DNA of 64,000 nt from Planctomycetota bacterium (lineage in GTDB: Bacteria; Planctomycetota; B15-G4; JADJEK01): NCBI GenBank assembly GCA_044225365.1, contig JBGAIQ010000014.1:32001-96000 (forward strand), read 5' to 3'. Within the stretch, counting starts at the first letter, position 1. Each line of letters starts with the position of its first letter. The translations under genes were made by a program, and so were the position numbers. The notes under the pieces were generated by a model. That model was given only the letters and a program-made list of their open reading frames with translations. It was not told where the DNA came from and did no database searches. Positions 1 through 10,456 of this stretch are shown here, in pieces.

Positions 1-1
1 T

Positions 2-1042
2 GAGCGCGACGTCGTCGCGGAAGCGAAAGCCGGCCTCGCCCAGCTCAAGAAACTCGCGACGCTGACCTCGAGCGAGTCGGACAAGAAGAGCAAGAAGGAC
101 GAGAAGAAGGAGAACAAGGTCGTGGCCCCCGTGGGCGACGTGCCGCCTGCGCCTACGACGTCGAATCCGACGTCCGAACCGACGACTACGCCCGCGCCTG
201 CAGCGGGCGAGAAGTCCGAGCCGGCGAAGACCGAGGGCGCGGAGAAGTCGGACAAGAAGAAGCACAAGGACGGCTCCTCCTCCGAATCGGACGCTGCGAA
301 GTCGTCGAAGAAGGAGAAGAACGCCGAGCACGCCAAGGCGGACTCGCACGCGAAGAACGACAAGAAGAGCGAGAAGAAGGACAAGAAGGCGCAGGAGTCG
401 ACGAAGCTCTCTCCTGAGGCCGAGAAGCTCGCGAAGATCGCGACGAGCAAGGACAACGAGAAGAAGGCGCGCGGCGTGTTCGCCGTTCAGATGCGCCTCG
501 GCGTCGGAAGCGACAACGCGCTCGCGTTGACCGAATCTCGCCGCATCAAGCTCGAAGGCAAGTCGGAAGGTTCCGTCGTCGACGACGAGAACGGCACGCT
601 CTTCGTCTCCGAGGCGAAGAAAGGCATCTGGAAATTCCAGGCCGATGGCGGCAAGGACACCGTCGATGTCGGAACCCTGATCTGCAAGGTTGGCTTCCCG
701 AATCCGCTGCGTCCGGATGTCGAAGGGATCGCGCTCTATCGCGGCGAGAACGGCGCGGGATATCTCGTCGCCGCATCCGAAGGCAGCAAGGACTTCGTCG
801 TGTTGAAGCGCGCGGCACCCTACGAATACGTCGGTCGCTTCAAGATCGAAGGCAACGGCACGGTCGACGCCGTCGACGACTCCGGCGGACTCGCGGTCGC
901 GAGTGGCAATTTCGGCGGCGAACTCGGCAGCGGTGTCGTCGTCCTGCAGGACGAGAAGAACGAGAACGCGTCGGGCGGCGTCGAGAACCAGAACTTCAAG
1001 ATCGTGCCCTGGTCCGAGGTCGCGAAGACGCTCCAGCCGTGA
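2..1042 (+). CDS. Beta-propeller phytase-family protein, 5'-truncated by window edge, with a Lys/Glu/Pro-rich low-complexity segment
   Basis: Frame is open from position 2. C-terminal motifs EGSVVDDENGTLFVSE, GIWKF, DVEGIALY, GYLVAASEG and QDEKN...NQNFKIVPW match Bacillus-type phytase blades. Confidence 0.8.
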   Translation, partial: ERDVVAEAKAGLAQLKKLATLTSSESDKKSKKDEKKENKVVAPVGDVPPAPTTSNPTSEPTTTPAPAAGEKSEPAKTEGAEKSDKKKHKDGSSSESDAAKSSKKEKNAEHAKADSHAKNDKKSEKKDKKAQESTKLSPEAEKLAKIATSKDNEKKARGVFAVQMRLGVGSDNALALTESRRIKLEGKSEGSVVDDENGTLFVSEAKKGIWKFQADGGKDTVDVGTLICKVGFPNPLRPDVEGIALYRGENGAGYLVAASEGSKDFVVLKRAAPYEYVGRFKIEGNGTVDAVDDSGGLAVASGNFGGELGSGVVVLQDEKNENASGGVENQNFKIVPWSEVAKTLQP

Positions 1043-1070
1043 CGATCTCGCGATCACGCAAAGGCGCGGT

Positions 1071-1319
1071 ATGACGTTCGGCGCCAGCATGGGATACGGT
1101 CACGGCGATCCGACGATCCCATCGGCCTGCGTGCGAGCGCACGCGGAAGCGATCGAACGCGGGCAGCGCTTCTATCTCGACCCGGCCTCGGGCATGTACG
1201 TCATGACGACGCTGAAGCTCCTCGAGAACGGCGGTTGCTGCGGCACCGGTTGTCGCCATTGCCCCTATCCCGGGCCCGCCCAGCGGCGCGCGGGGCGACC
1301 GGTCTGCCGACCGCAGTGA
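1071..1319 (+). CDS. Small Cys-rich protein (DUF5522-like)
   Basis: H..A...G..FYLDPASGMYVMT...L..GGCCGTGCRHCPY signature. Start is ATG 1071 or 1089. Confidence 0.75.
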   Translation: MTFGASMGYGHGDPTIPSACVRAHAEAIERGQRFYLDPASGMYVMTTLKLLENGGCCGTGCRHCPYPGPAQRRAGRPVCRPQ

Positions 1320-1409
1320 GCGGCGATTCCGGTGCGGGGATCCTCGGCCCTTTTCGCGTGAATGGAAAAAGCGAGGTATGATCCTCTCCGCTCATCACGG
1401 AGTGCACGC

Positions 1410-1919
1410 ATGAATCGCAGGTTGTTCGTTTCGCTGGGTCTCGTCTGCGCCGTCCTTGGGTGGAGCGGCTGCAGCAAGAATGAAGAGAAGTCCGCCGCCG
1501 GCGCGCAGGGCAAAGCTCCCGGCGCTCCGAAGAGCGCGGACGCGGGGAAGCCGCCGGCGCCGAAAGCCCCCGTCAAGCCCCAGGGGCCGCTGCAGTCGGT
1601 CACGGGCACGCGCACGGCGCGACTCGAAGTGAACCCGACGGGGCGATTCTTCATCACCGTTCTCGCGGCGAATCGGCGCGACCCCGAGCCCATCGACGCC
1701 AAGGAACTCGACTGCTCGCTGATGCGCGCCGGCACGAACGAAGGCCTGAAGCTCACGCCGAAGCCGCTCGACACCGAGAAGGACGGCAAGTGCTCGCGCT
1801 ACACCGGATTCTCGAAGCTGCTGCTCGACGGCAAACCGATCGAGGTCGTCGTCAAGTTCCCCGAAGGGGAGAAGAAGATGGCGAGCTTCAAGGTCCCCGA
1901 GAACTACAAGTCGTACTGA
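1410..1919 (+). CDS. Hypothetical lipoprotein
   Basis: MNRRLFVSLGLVCAVLGWSG-C lipobox-like signal; GC3-rich codon usage. Confidence 0.7.
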   Translation: MNRRLFVSLGLVCAVLGWSGCSKNEEKSAAGAQGKAPGAPKSADAGKPPAPKAPVKPQGPLQSVTGTRTARLEVNPTGRFFITVLAANRRDPEPIDAKELDCSLMRAGTNEGLKLTPKPLDTEKDGKCSRYTGFSKLLLDGKPIEVVVKFPEGEKKMASFKVPENYKSY

Positions 1920-1922
1920 ACC

Positions 1923-4112
1923 TCAGCGAGGGGCTGCGAACTCTCGCAACCGAATCTCGAGCGCGAGGGTGATGAGCGCGGTCGTCGTCACGGGATGGTC
2001 GCCGCCGAAGGAGCCGGCTTCGGCTCCGTCGCGTCGTTGCTCGATCAAAGCGTTCTCGAGCGCAAGGGACACCCACGCATCGTGGGAGGACAACTTCCGC
2101 TGATGCCGAGCGAGAGTCGCGAAGTAGATCGATCGCGCGGAGCGAACTTCGTTCGGATGGGGCACGGCGAGATCACTGCTGATCGCGCTCTCTGGTGACT
2201 TCTCTCTCGCCATCAGGAACATCTCGATGCACTCCGCCGCGAAGGCGCGAGATGCCGCGCTCTCGGCGTCGTCGTCGGAGTTCGCGGCCTCCTTCAACGA
2301 CGCGAGAACGAGTTCATCGATCGACGTGTCGTAGACGACTCCGGCGTGTTTCGCCGAGCGCAAGGCAACACTCGACCAGAATCGGAACTCGATCGTCGAC
2401 TCGGAAACCGTTCGCGGATTCCTCCACTCCTCGATGAGTCGCCCCAGAGCGCGCTCGAGTACGAGCAACGACTCGGCGCGTGCCTTTTCGGGCGGACTCT
2501 TCATGGTGAGACCCGCGTACTCGGCAAGCGCGGCCACCACGAGGGCCGTGGCGACGCCATGATCCGCATTGTCGCTCGACGCGGCGTGCCGCGTCAGGAA
2601 CGCGATCGACTTCTCGACATCCAAGGAAGGTTCGCCCGATCCCATCAGTGCGAGGGTAGCGATTGCGGATTCCTCGATGTCGCCGAACGAACCATCCGCG
2701 CGCTGTTGGCGCTGCAGGTATTCCCTTCCGGATCGCACCCGGCGACGAATCTCGTCCTCTTTGTCCGAGATCCAACCGGCAAACGTGACGTGCGACGCTC
2801 CCGCCTCACGCAGGCACTCCAAGATCGTTTGGACCGCGCGATAGGGCGCCGCTTCCTGTACGTGGAGATCGACCACGGCCGTCCCGTCCTTCGTCATCGA
2901 GTCCTTCGCGGCACCGGACACTTCATCGATGGTGACCGATTTGCCGTGCAGGTAGGCCTGGCTCGAGGCGTCGATCAGGAGAGTGAGTCCCGGCGCCTTC
3001 GTGCCGGACTGGAGTTCGACGCTCTGTCTCGCCTCGGATCTCGCAAACGGAAGCAATGCGAGACCGACGATCAGCACGAGACACGCCTGGAACACCGTGC
3101 GAATCACTCCGGACCTGTGCTCGGACAGGACTCGCGCGAATCGACGGACGAGACCGTGCCGTCCGCCATGCATCGGCGAGGCCGCTGCGAGCGAGAGGTT
3201 GCTCCACCGATCGGACGATCGTTGCGCGATGCGAGCGACCTCGAGAAGCACCGAGCAGTACGAGGACGCCGACACGGAGCGACGCGCGATCACTTCGTCG
3301 TCGCACCAGTCTTCCTGGATTCGTCGCGTCTCTCGCAGGAGCCACCACGCGAGCGGATGGAACCACCAGATCGCGGTGATCGCGAGCGCGAGAAGATTCG
3401 CGGCGTAGTCTCGATGGCGAAGATGGGTCGACTCGTGCGCGAGGACGATGTCGAGTCCCCGACGGTCGAGAGAGTCCTTCAGACCCATGGGAAGAAGGAT
3501 CGTCCTTGGAGAGAAACCGTAGGCGAGCGGTCCTCGGACATTCGCGCACTCGAGGATTCGCGTGTTCCCGTCGAACCCGAGTCGGGTTCCGGAGCGGGCG
3601 ATCCGTTCCAGCCGAACACGGTCCTTCACCGACGCGAGCACGACCCCCAATGCCCCAAGGACATGGAACATCATCCACCACGACGTAGTTTCCGATTCGC
3701 GCGAATCGTCGTCCGATGTTCGCCGAGCGTCCACGGATGCCACGGCGCCCGCCGCATTCTCTTGATGTGAGTCAAAGCCCGCGACTTCGTCCTCCCACAT
3801 CGCGAGCGACGAGAATCGTCGCATCGCCGACGCATTCGTTCCTACGGGCTTCGCATCTCGATCCACGCCGAGAATCCGCTCGAGGCCCGATCCACCCTCT
3901 TCCGCCGCCACGAACACGCTCGTCCCGGCCGTGAAGGACGGCGGAAGCACGAACTTGAGCCACGCGATCGCCATCAGCGCGTAGCGCAATCGCGGGTCGG
4001 CGCGACGAAGCAGATGGAGAGCCACCAGCACCACGAGCGCGACGATCGTGGCCTGCACACCGACTCGCGTGACCCAATGCGACCACGTCGCCGCGCAATT
4101 CGAGAGCGTCAT
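1923..4112 (-). CDS. M56 (BlaR1/MecR1) family metallopeptidase with ExbD-like and prenyltransferase-repeat-like C-terminal domains
   Basis: N-terminal TM segments, LAHESTH (HExxH), WWFHPLAW and EDWCDD. Start overlaps the stop of the BlaI-family gene. Confidence 0.88.
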   Translation of the reverse strand: MTLSNCAATWSHWVTRVGVQATIVALVVLVALHLLRRADPRLRYALMAIAWLKFVLPPSFTAGTSVFVAAEEGGSGLERILGVDRDAKPVGTNASAMRRFSSLAMWEDEVAGFDSHQENAAGAVASVDARRTSDDDSRESETTSWWMMFHVLGALGVVLASVKDRVRLERIARSGTRLGFDGNTRILECANVRGPLAYGFSPRTILLPMGLKDSLDRRGLDIVLAHESTHLRHRDYAANLLALAITAIWWFHPLAWWLLRETRRIQEDWCDDEVIARRSVSASSYCSVLLEVARIAQRSSDRWSNLSLAAASPMHGGRHGLVRRFARVLSEHRSGVIRTVFQACLVLIVGLALLPFARSEARQSVELQSGTKAPGLTLLIDASSQAYLHGKSVTIDEVSGAAKDSMTKDGTAVVDLHVQEAAPYRAVQTILECLREAGASHVTFAGWISDKEDEIRRRVRSGREYLQRQQRADGSFGDIEESAIATLALMGSGEPSLDVEKSIAFLTRHAASSDNADHGVATALVVAALAEYAGLTMKSPPEKARAESLLVLERALGRLIEEWRNPRTVSESTIEFRFWSSVALRSAKHAGVVYDTSIDELVLASLKEAANSDDDAESAASRAFAAECIEMFLMAREKSPESAISSDLAVPHPNEVRSARSIYFATLARHQRKLSSHDAWVSLALENALIEQRRDGAEAGSFGGDHPVTTTALITLALEIRLREFAAPR

Positions 4113-4510
4113 GATCGGTCCTCCGCCTTGCGGGCCCTCTTGTGTTCCGCGAGGAGCTTCTCGAGTTCGCGGATCTCGTCGAGCGAAGGCGGGCGCGTCT
4201 CGAACAGAGAACTCACGAGCGCGACGCTGCTGCCTGCGAACAGTCGCTCCATGAGATCACCCGCTTTCTCGCGCAGCGTCGCGTTGGGCTTGACCTTCGC
4301 CCGATAGAGGAACGCCTTGCCGATCTTCCTGCCGCTCCGGGCAATGAGTCCCTTCTCCTCGAGTCGGGTGATGAGCGCGAAGGTCGCTCCGTGGCTCATC
4401 GGTCGCCGCTCGAGCAGCGCCTCGCGCACGTCTCGCGCGGTCGATTCACCGCGTTGCCAGAGGACGGACAGAACATCGAGTTCGGCCGGGGGGAGATTGG
4501 GAAGTGACAT
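4109..4510 (-). CDS. BlaI/MecI/CopY family transcriptional repressor
   Basis: LPPAELDVLSVLW..GESTARDV, TRLEEKGLIAR, GKAFLY and RLFAGSSVALVSSL. Confidence 0.92.
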   Translation of the reverse strand: MSLPNLPPAELDVLSVLWQRGESTARDVREALLERRPMSHGATFALITRLEEKGLIARSGRKIGKAFLYRAKVKPNATLREKAGDLMERLFAGSSVALVSSLFETRPPSLDEIRELEKLLAEHKRARKAEDRS

Positions 4511-4543
4511 CGAAGGAGACTCCGTATGGATCGGCGCCGATCC

Positions 4544-4592
4544 ATACGCGAGTATATTTCAAGCCCACCGACCGGCAACCATACATCCGTAT
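4544..4592 (-). promoter_or_regulatory. Sigma70-like promoter of the blaI-blaR operon with two BlaI/CopY-type operator boxes
   Basis: Minus strand TTGCCG (4578-4573), 16 nt spacer, TATACT (4556-4551). ATAC-N4-GTAT palindromes at 4544-4555 and 4581-4592 resemble the TACA-NN-TGTA BlaI/CopY box. Confidence 0.6.
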
Positions 4593-4608
4593 TTTTTTCT
4601 TCGAGGCG

Positions 4609-4890
4609 CTACCGGCTCCCGAGTCGATCGATCGCGAGCGCGAAAGTGAAGTCCTTGGTCGTCAGCCCTCCGGCGTCATGGGTCGTGATCTCGATCGCCA
4701 CCCGATTCCATACGTTCTTCCATTCCGGATGATGGCCCATCTTCTCCGCAACGAAGGCCACGCGCGTCATGAATGCGAACGCCTCGCTGAAATCCGCGAA
4801 CACGAACGAGCGACGGAGTTTGTCGTCGAATCTGCGCCACTTGGGAATCGTCTTCAGCTTGCTCTCGATCGCCTGCTTGCCGAGTTTCAT
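4609..4890 (-). CDS. phhB: Pterin-4-alpha-carbinolamine dehydratase
   Basis: [45 protein letters not shown]; GAAGGAGG SD before ATG 4890. Confidence 0.92.
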   Translation of the reverse strand: MKLGKQAIESKLKTIPKWRRFDDKLRRSFVFADFSEAFAFMTRVAFVAEKMGHHPEWKNVWNRVAIEITTHDAGGLTTKDFTFALAIDRLGSR

Positions 4891-4900
4891 GTCGCCTCCT

Positions 4901-7900
4901 TCAGTGAACATCGAGTACGCCGAACCACCGCTCGCTGCCCGCCGCTTCACCGACCACTTCGAGGAGAGCGCCTTCTCCCTTCTTCAGCCAGGAGTCCGCG
5001 ATCTCGATCGTGAGGACTCCCGTCGCGTCCTCCGAATTCTTCGCCTGCACGTACCACGTCATCACGACGTCGCCGTCGTTGCGACTCACCGTCGCGTCGT
5101 CGATCTTCACGTCGAACTTCATTGCCTCGCGGCCGTTCACGAGCAGGGTGAATCCCTTCCCCGGTTGCGAGTTCCAGCCCATCGCCGCAGCGAGCCGGAA
5201 CCGCATCTTCGCTCCCTCGCGCAGGGTGTCCGGGACGATCGCGGTCTTCCACGCCACGCGCGAGCGCCCATCGGTCTGTCGACAGAAGCGCATCGGCGTG
5301 GGCCCGAGGAAGCTGTTCTGCGCGGGAAGCACCTGTCCATCGAGGATCTCGAGACAGCCATTGGCGCTGCCCTGGAGGAACTTCGCCCTCGCGTCGGCAC
5401 ACTCGGCTTCCGTCAGCGCGTCGAGTCTCTTCGGTGCGGTCTGCAAGAACGCGATGAGATCGGCGACTTCTTGATGCGAGAGTCCGAGGACGAGCCCTTC
5501 CGGCATCAGCGAGCGGCCCGTTGCATGGAACGCCAGGATCTCGCTGCGTGGGATCGATTCGTGAACGCCGCCCTGGAGTCGCAGGTTGATCGCGGTGCTC
5601 GATTCGCCCTCGACGATTCCGAGCAACTTGCGATGTTCGCTCGTTTCAAGATCGTAGGCCTGATACCGCACGTCGACGGCTGCGTTCGGATCGACGATCG
5701 AGAGCAGAAGGTACTGCGACGAACGATCCGTCAGTCCCGAGAGGTCCGCCCCCACTTCGTTGCCGCGGCCACGGAACGAATGACACGAAGCACAGAGATG
5801 ATCGAAGTGCGCCGCGCCCCGCGCGCGATCGCCCGCGAGCGCGAGAACCGGCGTGAGATTCTCGAGTACGGCCTTTGCCGAGGACGGCTTGCCGAAGAGG
5901 GTCACCGCACGCGGGCCGACGCGTGGATCCGGATTCGACACGAGCCGTTCGCGACGCAGCGCGTCGATGGCGGAGATCGGTACGTGGCGATTCTCGATCG
6001 CGTCGAGCAGGACGACACAGTCGATGTCGCGCTCGAGGAAGCGATCGAGCAATTCGCCCCGCAGATCGGGGCCGAGCGACGAGAACGCGTTCAGCAGGAT
6101 CGTGAACGATGCTGCTGCATTCGCATCGAAGAGCCGCAGCATCGCGGCTCGCTGCAGGATCGGATCGATGCTGGGGTCGAGGAGATTGCCGAGGAGGGCG
6201 AGGTCCTGCACGCGGTTCGCAGGAGTCCGCACGAGCATCTCGCACGCCGCCGCTCGCTCTTCGAGCGGACGCCCCGCATCCGCGACGATCGAATACGCCG
6301 AGTCGACGAGCCGCGCGATCGTCTCCTCGTTCGCTTGCGGCGTGGACGAGTAGACGTTTGGCAGATGCGAGATGTCGACGTGGAGATGGTCGCACGTCTC
6401 GAGCGCCCTAGCGAGCATGCGCCACGGCACCGGCCGGCGTTCGGCGCCGTCGTCCGAACGCACGCTCGAGATGACGCTCGAGAGCGCCAGCGCGGCGAGC
6501 AGATTCTCGTTCCGACCCTCCGCCGTCGCGCACATGCCCTCGGCGAACGTCTCGAACCGATCGAGCACGTCGATCGATTCGCCCGGCTCGAACTTGGGGA
6601 GCTTGAACATGGGCGCGAACTTCTTGGCGTCGATCGTCGAGAGCAGGAGAGTGACTCCGTAAGGGTCCACCGCGACGGTATTGGCAACGCCGAGGCCGCC
6701 CATCCAATCCGGTCGCAGTGCGCGGCACTCCGGCAACGTCAGCAGGACCTGCCTCGCGACGACGAAGTCCTGAGCGTCCTTCGCGAGCTGCGTGACGCGT
6801 CGCTCGAGTTGCCCGCGTGGGTTCTTCGCGAGGCGCGGCTCCGCGAGCCGGACCGCGTGCGCCCTCACCCACGATTCGTTCGACAGGATCGCGAAGTCGA
6901 GCATCGGGTCCGTGAGTCCTCCGAGCTGATCGAGCGCGTACATGGCCTGCACTCGCGCCGCGGCGGACGCGTCGCTCGCAATGATTCCGGCGAGCAACGA
7001 AGCGGGAGCCGCATCGTTTCGCCGCAGCAATTCCGCGTGCGCGATGTCGCGAAGCGCGCCGTTCGTCGAGCGCATCGCGGCGACGACGTCTTCGATCTTC
7101 GCCGTCGCGAGGTCGGGCACGTGCTTGCGATGATCGGCCGCCCGCAACACTCGCCAGATCCTTCCGAGATGTTCTCCCGCGCGGATGTCGATGTGCGCGA
7201 GTTGTTCCGCGCCGACCCACCGCGGATGCTCGATGAGGAAACGCGCCATGTCGACGACGTAGAGCGCGCCGTCCGGTCCCGCCTTCGCCGCCACCGGGCG
7301 AAACCAGTTGGAGTGCGACGCCATGAAATCGCGGTCGAGCGCGTCCTCGGGGCGGGTTGCCGAATACGTCGCGCCGTTGCGCTTCAGCACGTAGCGCATC
7401 ACCACGTTGCCGACCGGCTCGCAGCAGAACGCATTGTCGCGATAGTCGTCGCCGAGCGTGTCGTCGCGGTAGATCTCGAGTCCGCACGCCGACGTCACGT
7501 GGTTCTCGTGGTCGTAGTCGTTGTAGCGCTGGAGATGCGGACTGATCGGGAACACGCGCCGCGGGTCGCCGTCCGCCGCTTCGATCGCGATGTGATTGCC
7601 GGGCGGCGGCGAGAGGAAGGGATTGCGCGCGAGATACGCATCCTCGAGCGGGAAGTCGAATACGGGAATGTTGGAGTCGCAGCCGAACCACTCTCCGAAG
7701 TCGTTCCGCGCGCGGCCCTGTTGCGAGATACCGGAGATCGCCTCGATCTTCCCCCGCTTCGGATCGATGCGGAAGTCGCGGCCGTGGACGTCGACGACCT
7801 CGCCAGTCTTCGTCGACGTGATCGCACCGCCGAAGAGACCGCTCGCGCCGTAGATCCAGCCATCGAGTCCGAGACGCAGAGAGTTGGGGCGCGCTTGCTC

Positions 7901-9652
7901 GTTCTCCGCCGGAAAGCCCGTGAACAGCACCTCGCGCGAGTCCGCGATCCCGTCGCCATCGACATCGCGTGCGAAGAGGATGTCGGGCGCCGCGCACACG
8001 AGGACGCCCCCGCCGTAGGCCATGACTCCGGTCGGGAACGCGATGCCGTCGAGGAACACGCTGCTCTGGTCGAAGACGCCGTCGTCGTCGACATCGACGA
8101 GTCGCCGGATCCTTCCGCCCGGTTCGAGATTCCCCTTCATTCCGTTCGGATAGTCGCGCATCTCAGCGACGAACATCGCGCGATCGGGCGCGAAGTCGAT
8201 CGCGACCGGCGATTCGACGAGGGGCTCGCTCGCCGCGAGCTCGACGCGCAGGCCGCGGTCCACCTCGATCGCGGCGAGCGCTTCCTCGGGCGACGGCGGC
8301 GGCGGGAATTCGGCGAGCGATACGTCGCTCACGAACGAGAGCGGCAGTTGCGCTCGCACCGCGCGGACGATGATGTCCTCGACGACGGGCGCGAACTTCG
8401 TCGGCTGCCGGTAGTACGTCATCGCGCTCTCGCCCTCGTAGCCTCCCTCCTGGAGGATCCTTCGCGACGGGATGTAGCACGGCAGATCGTTCGAATACGC
8501 TGCGAGGAACAGCTTCTCGCTCTTCAACTCGCGCTTCAGGCGAAGCGCGTAGTCGACGACGACCTCGCCCGCGAGGAAGGCCATCGCGAGCTGCTCGCCG
8601 AAGCGAATCGTCTCGACGGGATACGGGATCGCATCGGGAATGGGTTCGTTCGCTTCGAGCTTGCCGAGGAAGTACTCCGCGTGATGTGCGACGGCGCCGC
8701 CTTGCTTCTTCCGCGCCTCCCACTCCTCGCGCGTTCGCGGCACGCCGAACGGCAAGGTGATCGAGTCGAACCGCGTCGTCGGAGCGGCATCGATCGGCGC
8801 GAGGTTCGTCGCAGCGAGTCGCTCGATCTCCGCCGCGAGCTCACGACCGTGCTGCTGGCTGTTCTCGAGCGTTCCCCCGGGCGACGGATTCTGATCCGCA
8901 CCACAACCGATCGCGATGAGTGCGATCGAGCCGGGATGCGCCGTCTCGAGCGTCTCGGACGCATAGCCGGCCCAATCGCCACAGCAGAAGTTCTGCGCGG
9001 GGCCGAGGGTCGTGCAATGGCAAGCGTACGCCGCGAGCGTCGCGATGCGCTCCCCCTTCGCGTCGCGCACGAGCAGCAGCGGCACGTCGTGATCCACGGG
9101 GCCGCCCTTCGTGCGGCGATTCGCGCCGAAGCTCGCTTCGCCGTGTCCGAAGGCGAGTGTCGCCGGCTGCATCGCCGCGAGCGCGTCGTGGATCGCCGAT
9201 GCCGCTCCCTCGATCACGTGCTCCGTGTATGCACCGATCCGTTCGACCTGATCCTGCGGCAACTCCATCCCGAACATGTTCGGGATCGCGCTGGCGAGGT
9301 GCGGCGCATTGTGATCGTGCGTCGCGCAGAACGCGAGATGATCGCGCGCGATGCCGTCGCTTCCGAGCGCCTTCTTCGCAATCGCGTCGCAGACCACCGC
9401 GGGCAATCCGATCGCGTCGATCGTGACGACGACCACCGCGCTCGTGCGATCCTCCCCCATCGCGAGCGCCCGCGCGAAGATCGGCTGCTCGATCCGATCG
9501 CTCTCGGTCGTCCGCGCCGCGTAACCGGAGAGCCGAATCGGCGTCGTCGGCGAGACGTCGACCTTCGCCGCGCCGGCGAGCAGCGCCGCGTGAGCGAAGG
9601 TCGCTCCCAACCCCCACGCCGCGATCATCGAGACAGGCAGCAGCGTACGCAT
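4901..9652 (-). CDS. Secreted multidomain protein: neutral ceramidase-like N-domain, PVC-type dehydrogenase beta-propeller, HEAT repeats and CxxCH cytochrome c
   Basis: Signal peptide; ATHDHNAP and YACHCTT ceramidase-like motifs; [24 protein letters not shown]; [11 protein letters not shown]; CASCH followed by VGADL...SLMPEGL. Confidence 0.85.
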   Translation of the reverse strand: MRTLLPVSMIAAWGLGATFAHAALLAGAAKVDVSPTTPIRLSGYAARTTESDRIEQPIFARALAMGEDRTSAVVVVTIDAIGLPAVVCDAIAKKALGSDGIARDHLAFCATHDHNAPHLASAIPNMFGMELPQDQVERIGAYTEHVIEGAASAIHDALAAMQPATLAFGHGEASFGANRRTKGGPVDHDVPLLLVRDAKGERIATLAAYACHCTTLGPAQNFCCGDWAGYASETLETAHPGSIALIAIGCGADQNPSPGGTLENSQQHGRELAAEIERLAATNLAPIDAAPTTRFDSITLPFGVPRTREEWEARKKQGGAVAHHAEYFLGKLEANEPIPDAIPYPVETIRFGEQLAMAFLAGEVVVDYALRLKRELKSEKLFLAAYSNDLPCYIPSRRILQEGGYEGESAMTYYRQPTKFAPVVEDIIVRAVRAQLPLSFVSDVSLAEFPPPPSPEEALAAIEVDRGLRVELAASEPLVESPVAIDFAPDRAMFVAEMRDYPNGMKGNLEPGGRIRRLVDVDDDGVFDQSSVFLDGIAFPTGVMAYGGGVLVCAAPDILFARDVDGDGIADSREVLFTGFPAENEQARPNSLRLGLDGWIYGASGLFGGAITSTKTGEVVDVHGRDFRIDPKRGKIEAISGISQQGRARNDFGEWFGCDSNIPVFDFPLEDAYLARNPFLSPPPGNHIAIEAADGDPRRVFPISPHLQRYNDYDHENHVTSACGLEIYRDDTLGDDYRDNAFCCEPVGNVVMRYVLKRNGATYSATRPEDALDRDFMASHSNWFRPVAAKAGPDGALYVVDMARFLIEHPRWVGAEQLAHIDIRAGEHLGRIWRVLRAADHRKHVPDLATAKIEDVVAAMRSTNGALRDIAHAELLRRNDAAPASLLAGIIASDASAAARVQAMYALDQLGGLTDPMLDFAILSNESWVRAHAVRLAEPRLAKNPRGQLERRVTQLAKDAQDFVVARQVLLTLPECRALRPDWMGGLGVANTVAVDPYGVTLLLSTIDAKKFAPMFKLPKFEPGESIDVLDRFETFAEGMCATAEGRNENLLAALALSSVISSVRSDDGAERRPVPWRMLARALETCDHLHVDISHLPNVYSSTPQANEETIARLVDSAYSIVADAGRPLEERAAACEMLVRTPANRVQDLALLGNLLDPSIDPILQRAAMLRLFDANAAASFTILLNAFSSLGPDLRGELLDRFLERDIDCVVLLDAIENRHVPISAIDALRRERLVSNPDPRVGPRAVTLFGKPSSAKAVLENLTPVLALAGDRARGAAHFDHLCASCHSFRGRGNEVGADLSGLTDRSSQYLLLSIVDPNAAVDVRYQAYDLETSEHRKLLGIVEGESSTAINLRLQGGVHESIPRSEILAFHATGRSLMPEGLVLGLSHQEVADLIAFLQTAPKRLDALTEAECADARAKFLQGSANGCLEILDGQVLPAQNSFLGPTPMRFCRQTDGRSRVAWKTAIVPDTLREGAKMRFRLAAAMGWNSQPGKGFTLLVNGREAMKFDVKIDDATVSRNDGDVVMTWYVQAKNSEDATGVLTIEIADSWLKKGEGALLEVVGEAAGSERWFGVLDVH

Positions 9653-10170
9653 GGCGACCTCCGACGAGAACGCAGGCCGCCGATCGTATCCGAGATTCCC
9701 CGGCCCCGTAACGCGGCTCGGTGTTCGTGGGACCGCCGGGCTTCAAGTCGGTCCCCTCCTCACTGGGAGCGCCGGGCTCCCAGTTTAGGGGGGCGGCGAT
9801 TCGTCTTTCGCCTCGCAATGCCGCGCGGTACTTCTTCACCGCGCGCGTCTGATGCTCGGGGTCGACGTGGCGCACGAGGAGATCGAGGTCGAGGTTGGTG
9901 ATCAGTTCGCTCTTTTGGATCGACCCATCGTCTACCATGCGCGAGGCGGGAGGATTCGTCACCGTTCGGGTCACCGGAGCGAGCGTCTCAAAGGACGAGA
10001 ATGCTGCGGGGGATCGGTGGCATCCTGGATTTGCGCGATTCTCATCGGCGGCCAGAAGGCATCGCGGCAAACGGACCGAGCGATGAAACACTCGGGACGG
10101 AACTCGCCCGAATCAGCACTCGTCGAAGGAGCCCTGTTGTGGGTGAAGCTCGTTCTCGGCGGGGTGCGGA

Positions 10171-10455
10171 ATGCTCGAACTCAAGATCCTCGATCAGTTG
10201 CGGCGGCGACCCGACTGCACGTTCTCAGGAACGGACGAGGAGTGGCGCGCCCTGCTCGACGCGGCCGATTACACCGAAGTTCATCAGGCCTTGACGGCCT
10301 TGAGCCAGCACAACCTCATCCTCTGGTTGCGCATGTCGGGTGGCCGATCGAATACGGCGATCCTGAAAGTGACGGCACTGGTGCCGAGCGAGCCGAGCGA
10401 GCCCGAGCGGCCCGAAGTCGTCTGGTACGACGTCTCTCCCACCATGGCGCGCTGA
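10171..10455 (+). CDS. Hypothetical protein (possibly winged-helix-like)
   Basis: 94-aa ORF with coding-like codon usage, ending 2 bp from the stop of the convergent gene. Confidence 0.5.
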   Translation: MLELKILDQLRRRPDCTFSGTDEEWRALLDAADYTEVHQALTALSQHNLILWLRMSGGRSNTAILKVTALVPSEPSEPERPEVVWYDVSPTMAR

Positions 10456-10456
10456 G

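Noticed and set aside
9729-9800. tRNA-Sec-like sequence (GGGCTTCAAG)
   Set aside because: No proper anticodon stem, T-loop (GTTCGA) or acceptor stem in the correct order.
4769-9901. 1710-aa plus-strand ORF, and similar long antisense ORFs such as 12032-15271, 15180-17228, 34412-36997 and 59769-61727
   Set aside because: Arg-rich shadow frames opposite well-supported genes; expected in high-GC3 DNA; no motifs.
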